A DNA stretch of 17,396 nt from Zygophlyctis sp. KS116 (Eukaryota; Fungi; Chytridiomycota): positions 1-17,396 of the forward strand of contig BAAFSQ010000210.1 of assembly GCA_054661495.1 (NCBI GenBank), read 5' to 3'. Shown one piece after another: positions 11,591 to 17,396 of the stretch. Both the position numbers and the translations under genes were made by a program. How positions within the stretch are numbered: position 1 is the stretch's first letter; every line of letters begins with the position of its first letter. The notes under the pieces were generated by a model. It did not search any database. It saw only the letters and a list, made by a program, of their open reading frames with translations, and was not told the DNA's origin.

Positions 11591-12504
11591 ATGGAAGAGA
11601 AATATATAGGATTTTTGGCTGGTATGGTCTCTGGGATAGTTAAACTACTGGTGGGACATCCATTTGGTACTAAGTATTCTGAATCTAATTTGAGATACAA
11701 TAAAGGTCCGCCTCCAGATTGAGCCTCCTTCAACATTCAAAAGCCCTCTACATTGTCTAATCCAAACAATCAGACATGAGGGAATCTTTGCATTGTATAA
11801 GGGTGCATCCCCTCCACTAATCGGTTGGGCCGTGATGGATAGTATACATATGGGAAGGTTATTAGCCAATATTTAAAGATCAGTCTTAATTATTTTCGTC
11901 ATATCTTACAACAAGCAAAGGATACAAAGATTGGAATAATTGAAAACGCAGTGGCAGGATTTGGAGCAGGATTGTCTGTATCTACTTTTGCAACGCCGGT
12001 AGAAGTTATCAAGTGTCGTTTACAGATTCAACAATCCGCCAATTTGTCAAAAAAATACAGTGGTCCCATTGATTGTGCAAAAAAAATAATTATTGAAAAT
12101 GGTTCAAGAGGATTATATAAGGGATTTACAGGCTGTCTTTTATTTCGATCATTCTTTTGGTGTTTATGGGGCTCGTATGAAGTAACCCGTATTTTATCTA
12201 ATATTATTAGGTATATAATCAGATGCTTACAAACATGAATATATCTTTGGATTATATTCCATTTTTGTCTGGGGGACTCGCTGCAAATACCTTTTGGACG
12301 ATCAGTTTTCCTGCCGATTGTATCAAAAACAGAATGATGGCTTCCTCTGATTCTAATTTCAAATCAATTTCTTCAACAGCCAAATGGATTTGGGTCAATT
12401 ACGGTATCAAAGGATTTTATAGAGGGTTTGTTCCTTGCATATTAAGATCATTTCCAACAAACGGAGCAGCTATTTTCGCCTATGAATTTTGTTTGAAATC
12501 ATAA
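11591..12504 (+). CDS. Mitochondrial carrier (SLC25), amino acid/carnitine carrier-like (Ymc1/Crc1 group), 276 aa
   Basis: Introns 11667-11694, 11858-11883, 12182-12210. Three Px[D/E]xx[K/R]x[R/K] signatures: PFDTIKVRLQ, PVEVIKCRLQ, PADCIKNRMM; GLYKG/GFYRG motifs; LRSFPTNGA. Confidence 0.93.
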
Positions 12505-12709
12505 TTCAATTAAAGAATGGCCACGCAAGTCGCTCAAGTCGCAATAGGAACTCTGATTTTTTTGTTTTTGATTGTATGATTAAATTGTTCAAGAGATTTA
12601 AGGGGCATGAGCTATTTAAAATCCCTGGATTAGTATAGCGATCATTTTATTCCAAATAACCCTTATTAATTGATCTAGCAAACTAGAAAGATCACGGACA
12701 CTTACGAAA

Positions 12710-13627
12710 ATGTCCGGATCGACAACTTTCCATGTATTTCCTTTTATGTGCTTAGTAATTAGGATGAAGATACCAATATTCAATGGGGAAACTCAGTCTC
12801 TCAAAATCGGACTCATGCTTATTTGCCTGCTTTTACTGCTCCTCAGGGAAAATCTGAAAGAGAAATTGCGGTAGAGGCTCGCGAAAAGGAATTGGCAATC
12901 AGAGAAAGTCATGTATTCTGTTAATATTATTAAAAATAGTTGAAAGAAAGAGAAAGAAATACAGGAACATACAATCCACCTAATTTTCCACCTTGCAGAC
13001 CGATTGTATATCATAATATTGATAAAGATATCCCGGAACAAGGAAAATGGCTGGTGAACCGCTTTTTTTTGGCTTGGAAATGTATTCCTTTTATTTATTT
13101 GTTAATTTTTAGTCGCATGTTTCACTTATATTCTTAACGTTGCTTCCTCAATTGCATTATTAACTAGCAAATCTGAACTTGCAGGAGCGAATTTTGGGAT
13201 ATCTTTGGCTTTTTTGCTTATTGGAATACCCGTTTCTTTTGCCTTTTGGTATAGATCAATATATGCGGGCGTGAAACATGACCGCAGTATTTCATTTATG
13301 CTGTTCTACTTCAACTATGGAATTCATTTAATAGCAATGGTAATTTTGGGAATAGGAATACCTGGATGGGGAGGATCTGGCTTTATATACATGATTGCAT
13401 CTTTTTCCAGAAATGAGATTGGCACAGGGGTAATGTGCCTGTTTTCATCTATAGCCTTCTCGCTTCAAGTATTGTATGGTACGTGGAATACAAGATTAGT
13501 TGTAATTTACTATCGATCAAAAGGATTATCATCAGAGCAAGCCAAAGAACAGGCTATCCATGGAATCGCTAGCAGTGGTGTCGGACAAAGATTAGCCAAG
13601 GAAGTTATAAATTCGTCCATCGCTTGA
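12710..13627 (+). CDS. Secretory carrier-associated membrane protein (SCAMP family), about 276 aa
   Basis: Introns 12734-12762, 12913-12939, 13082-13112. Coiled coil AREKELAIRESHLKERER, NFPPCRPIVYHNIDKDIP, E-peptide FWYRSIYAG, GIPGWGGSG, four hydrophobic segments. Start uncertain (possible upstream exon from ATG 12607). Confidence 0.88.
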
Positions 13628-13680
13628 TTGAAGTATAAAAGTATTAAGAAGAATTCAAAGTTATCGTAAATATTTTGAAT

Positions 13681-14256
13681 TTATAATCCCAGAGATGCAG
13701 TAACGTTTTGCTGCACCTTTCTATTAAACTTTTCTCGATCTTCTCTCCACATTTTTGAAGCATCAATGTTTGCACCACTTTCATCATTCGGCTCAGCAAG
13801 CATACTGACGACAGATAAAAGGATTTTTTCGACACTTTGGACAGGCGACCATCTCTCTGAAGCCAATTCGTACCTATTTGGATCTTCTCCAGGTGGATGT
13901 AAAATAGATATGCATACAGTCCCATCTTCATAAACGTTTGGATGAAATATCGGCGGACTGAATTTCAGCACTGGTGGAGATAATGGATAATCTTTTGGAA
14001 ATGTTATAAAGGCTCTAATTATTTAATTTAAAGAATATACGTAAAAATTCCTCCTTCGTAAGGAGTACCACTGGGTCCACTATTTTATAAGAAAAACTTA
14101 ATCATACGCAATCAATGCTTCCCAAAGGAAAAAGTTTGATTCATTGACTGGGCCAACCTCAATTCCCTCTGGAGCTGAAGTCACAAGCTCTAAAAAGTAA
14201 AAATGATTGTAAATACCTTTGTACTCTGTCATCAAACGCTTCAATGCAGTGGACAT
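13681..14256 (-). CDS. UBC7: Ubiquitin-conjugating enzyme E2, Ubc7/UBE2G2, 164 aa
   Basis: Introns 14190-14216, 14080-14107, 14015-14040. [51 protein letters not shown] with the Ubc7-type acidic insert [28 protein letters not shown]. Confidence 0.96.
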
Positions 14257-14276
14257 TCTTTATTTTATATTGAAAC

Positions 14277-14743
14277 CTAAAACCTCCTTTTTTGAACATT
14301 CCACATCTTGCGTAAACCAGGAAATCTGAGAAATGCAGTCCCTACAGCCAAAAGTGAAATATTGGCTGCTGTACATATCTATTTTTAAAAAAAATTAAAT
14401 TTCTACCAAATATGGTGTCTGAAAGCTTGTCTTGACTGTTTTGTGACGGAAAGTTTGCATCGCTTACATATTATGCCTAGAATGTAAATTACCCCAGAGT
14501 CCTCCGATCCATCCACCCATTAGAGCGGTTAACTGAAGTTGTTTCTCTGGAATTCTCCAGCCCTTGGAAAGTGCCATTTGTTTATCATACCTTTTATGAG
14601 ATGATTTATACAAACCAAAACAGACCCACCGATGCAGCATTAATTAGGCAAAAATACCCGGCAATATATGGAAAGGCATTTGAGAGATTGGATAAATCCG
14701 CCAAAGTCAATGATTTATAAAGGCGATTAAAAATTCTATTCAT
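14277..14743 (-). CDS. DUF1294 (YsdA-like) membrane protein, about 127 aa
   Basis: Introns 14591-14615, 14463-14492, 14379-14406. Spliced product contains FWYDKQMALSKGWRIPEKQLQLTALMGGWIGGLWAMQTFRHKTVK, the DKxxA..WRIPE..GG..G..AM..FRHKT signature. Mostly missing from the ORF track; start codon uncertain. Confidence 0.88.
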
Positions 14744-15245
14744 TTTCAAGATTGATTTCATTTCCATTCTCATCGTAATTTTGTATTCCTTCATCGTCTT
14801 CCTCTTCAGGATCATAACTTTTGAGTAAAGCTTGAACAACATCTAAATGTGATTGCTGTTCAGCTAGAGTAACAGGACTCCGTCCTGATGCATTCCTAAT
14901 TGTTGCATCTGCTCCAGCTTCAAGAAGTTTCTCAACAATGTTAAAGTGACCATTTAATGCAGCCCAATGCAGAGGGGTACTACCCTCTTCAGTCATTGCA
15001 TTAATATCCTTTGGAGTCAAATATTTGACCAAGAATTCGACAATATTTAAATGTCCATTTGCAGCTGATAGATGTAAAGCTGATTGAGATTGAGAGTTTC
15101 TTGTTTTGATTAAAGATATCATCTCTTGGGCAGGAATTGTAGAAAGATCTGAAACTTGTAAAGTTTTACACATTATATTAATCATTTCATCCAATTCTCC
15201 ATATCTGGAACAAGCAACAAATTCTTCGGGATCCCAAGTGGTCAT
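14736..15245 (-). CDS. Ankyrin-repeat protein, Yar1-like, 169 aa, intronless
   Basis: SALHLSAANGHLNIVEFL, TPLHWAALNGHFNIVEKLLEAGAD, N-terminal SRYGELDE and acidic tail DPEEEDDE. The ankyrin call is firm; Yar1 orthology is inferred. Confidence 0.85.
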   Translation of the reverse strand: MTTWDPEEFVACSRYGELDEMINIMCKTLQVSDLSTIPAQEMISLIKTRNSQSQSALHLSAANGHLNIVEFLVKYLTPKDINAMTEEGSTPLHWAALNGHFNIVEKLLEAGADATIRNASGRSPVTLAEQQSHLDVVQALLKSYDPEEEDDEGIQNYDENGNEINLENE

Positions 15246-15259
15246 GATAAGATGGCAAT

Positions 15260-16541
15260 TCAATAATTTTTAGTAAAATTTTTCACAGTGATTTCATCAT
15301 AAATGATTTTCATTGTTGATTTTGAAAAATGAGAGGTACAGTCAATTAGTAAACATGATGCCGAAGCAGCTGCAAGGCCATATCTAAATGAGGTAATTGC
15401 ATCCTGTGTGTCTAAATACTCTAGAAAGAAGATCCCTGAACAAGTATCACCAGCGCCCAAGGGGTTGAGCATCGGGTATGCTGTTTTGCTTGGATATTTT
15501 TCTCCAGAAATTGTTGAGTAAGAGGGATTTCCTACTGCTTCTGGCAAAGATTTTGATAATGAGCTAGAGTCATCTCTAATCATATCCAGAGAGTCTTCTC
15601 TGATTAAATCCGATAGATTAGGCAGTTCATATGTAGATACATGTATGTTTAAGTCTTTTGAGTTTCTTTGCAGCAACACCGCCCTAGAGGTTAAATAATT
15701 TAAAATACGTATTGGGCCCACTTGTAATAGCGACTATTTTGACTTGAAATTGTTTAAGTATTTCTTCTCCTACTTGAACCAAATCAGTTACGAAACTATA
15801 TATTTGAATAAACGTAACATACCCTAAATTTGCAATCGAAATAGCTTCTTCAGAGTTAATTTTTAGTATATCAACAAGCCCTGTTTTCATAACATCAAGA
15901 TCTCTACAGGCATCAAGAAAGACAACTGTGGATGGTGTCTTATTTTGGATGATAGTCGAAAATGTGCTTCCAGTAACTCCTCCGGGTAACGATCCGCATA
16001 ATGCTATTCCCTCCAATCTTGGAGATTGGATTAGCTGCTGAGAAATTTTTTCAAGAGCATCCTTTTCTTCCAGTGATATTTTCCCCGGGGGCTCCTAAAT
16101 ACAATAAATACAAAACCCAATTTACAATGAGCTCGGTCATTTCACCAGTTTTCCCATCCAAAAGAGTTGTACATTGCCTAGTTGGTTTATCGACAGATAC
16201 TGTCATATTAAAAAAACTGACTACCGGTAACTTGATGAATTCCTTTCTCGCAGAGATAATCCTGAACGTACCCACCTGTTCTTCCTCCAATGAATTGCAA
16301 AATAGTGATCTTATCAGCTTCTCCATACTGCTCACATGCAATAGCAAAGTTTTGTCCTAATTAATATTATTTCGTACAACTTACCTTTTCCTCCAATGCT
16401 ATGAGCCTTACGATATGCTCTGTTAACCTGTCCAGGATTAAACGCCTGGAAATGAAGTGTGGTTTGAAAGGCAGGATTAAGGCCTTTTAAATAAGGATTA
16501 AATACGAATATACCAACTACTAAGATTTCTCTGCAGTCCAT
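15260..16541 (-). CDS. PfkB/ribokinase-family sugar kinase, FruK/LacC/Pfk-2-like, about 371 aa
   Basis: Introns 16484-16513, 16357-16384, 16200-16224, 16095-16125, 15796-15822, 15684-15708. GLNPAFQ..GQVNR..GGKGQNFA, TRQCTT..TELIEP, CGSLPGG, LKINSEEA, NPLGAGDT, GLAAASASC. Confidence 0.9.
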
Positions 16542-16607
16542 GTAACCACAGACCCTGACCGCCGCCGATTGACCAAATGCATTTGGGAATTAGGAAATAC
16601 AGCATGA

Positions 16608-17160
16608 TTAATACTTGGATGATGTTTTCTCAATCGGAAACTGCTTATGAAGCTAAAGACAAAATTCCCAGGAAAACTGAAACACTCTGGATTCTCCAAT
16701 GGCGGTGTCTAGCTGGCGAAATCACTGAATATCTATCATTGACTTAAACAAGCTTCCAAAGTATGCATTGGATATTTGTACTTAATTCTACAGGACAAAA
16801 ACAAAAGAATATTGGTTGAAGATGGGCTTAAACTTTTTCCAACAGGAGGAACAAACTTTTTCAGCACTTTCTGTGCTAGAATGGCCGGAAAATCTGTATG
16901 CGATGCCATAAATTATGTCAGCGGAGTCATTTTCTCTTAATATTTAGGTGGTTGAATTGGACAAAAATATGAGGAACAGAGGATTTTCTCAGTTTATCAA
17001 TCTTTTCAAAAAATTTAGAAGAGGATTATACAGTAAGAGTGAAATAAAATACTTCAATGAAGTATGTCCTTCTGTAAGTCTTATCACATATACAAAAGAA
17101 TATTATCCTTTTATAACGACTTCAAACATCGAAAAATAGCTTATGAATAAAGATTGTGTA
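16608..17160 (+). pseudogene. Possible decayed Pif1-like (SF1B) helicase fragment
   Basis: Across frameshifts and stops, in the expected order: LIL/DDVFSIG (motif II-like), IIDLNKLP (motif III-like, weak), GLKLF, VVELDKNMR..FINLFKKFRRG..EIKYFN, ITTSNIEK*LMN. No intact spliced model found. Confidence 0.4.
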
Positions 17161-17348
17161 AATGACTATGGCTTCAAAATATAAGAATCATCTAAGAACT
17201 TCCGTGATTTATCTACTGGCGGAATATACATGATGAAACTCAGGTATTGAGATTCTGATGATATAACTGTACGTTGAAAATCTTCTGATCGCTTCGAATG
17301 ATAAGAATGCCTTGGCTTCTCAAAATTCCTTTGGTTTGGGAGGTACTT

Positions 17349-17388
17349 GAACGAGAGATCTACCAATTAATCCAGAACGAGAGATCTA
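17349..17388. repeat. 14-bp perfect direct repeat GAACGAGAGATCTA x2
   Basis: Copies at 17349-17362 and 17375-17388 with a 12-nt spacer. Confidence 0.85.
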
Positions 17389-17396
17389 GCAATAAA

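Noticed and set aside
3612-13627. Functional membrane-trafficking cluster (Unc13, BET2, RhoGEF, SCAMP)
   Set aside because: These genes are interspersed with unrelated ones and trafficking genes are common; there is no evidence of co-regulation without synteny data.
401-16360. Antisense or shifted-frame ORFs (e.g. 401-739, 1500-1847, 2176-2436, 5617-5928, 8008-8217, 9272-9571, 10979-11332, 12793-13041, 13644-13931, 16001-16360)
   Set aside because: Shadows of well-supported genes with no recognisable motifs.
15-16541. Fragmented ORFs read as pseudogenes, programmed frameshifts or an alternative genetic code
   Set aside because: Every break coincides with a 23-31 nt GT-AG intron whose removal restores frame and conserved motifs; TAA, TAG and TGA all serve as true stops.
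16545-16575. GC-rich patch upstream of PfkB as a defined promoter element or ncRNA
   Set aside because: Plausible by position, but there is no recognisable motif, second copy or stable structure.
17166-17366. Minus-strand 66-aa ORF as the 3' end of a gene entering from the right
   Set aside because: No recognisable motif and no clear acceptor site; cannot be excluded without flanking sequence.
17349-17388. CRISPR-like repeat-spacer-repeat
   Set aside because: Only two 14-bp copies with a 12-nt spacer, in a eukaryotic context with no cas genes.
1-17396. tRNA, rRNA or snRNA genes
   Set aside because: None recognised; non-coding gaps and introns are mostly too short to hold them.

Overview
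AT-rich eukaryotic DNA from an extremely compact genome, most likely an early-diverging fungus such as a chytrid (inferred from gene families; standard genetic code). The fragmented ORF track is explained by splicing: I reconstructed 11 protein-coding genes by hand with 45 GT-AG introns, all 23-31 nt (mean about 27), and every model gives a continuous frame. In order: 5'-truncated Na+/K+-type (P2C-like) ATPase (+); Unc13/MUN-C2 protein, Rab GGTase beta (BET2) and a DUF1748 microprotein absent from the ORF track (all -); LRR-RhoGEF-PH protein, mitochondrial carrier and SCAMP (all +); UBC7, DUF1294 protein, Yar1-like ankyrin protein and FruK/LacC-like PfkB kinase (all -). The right end looks like a decayed Pif1-like helicase. 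The most notable system-level signal is that genes form co-directional, operon-like runs with 14-35 nt spacers or overlapping reading frames, leaving no room for separate promoters or terminators. Family calls come from motif recognition, not database searches.
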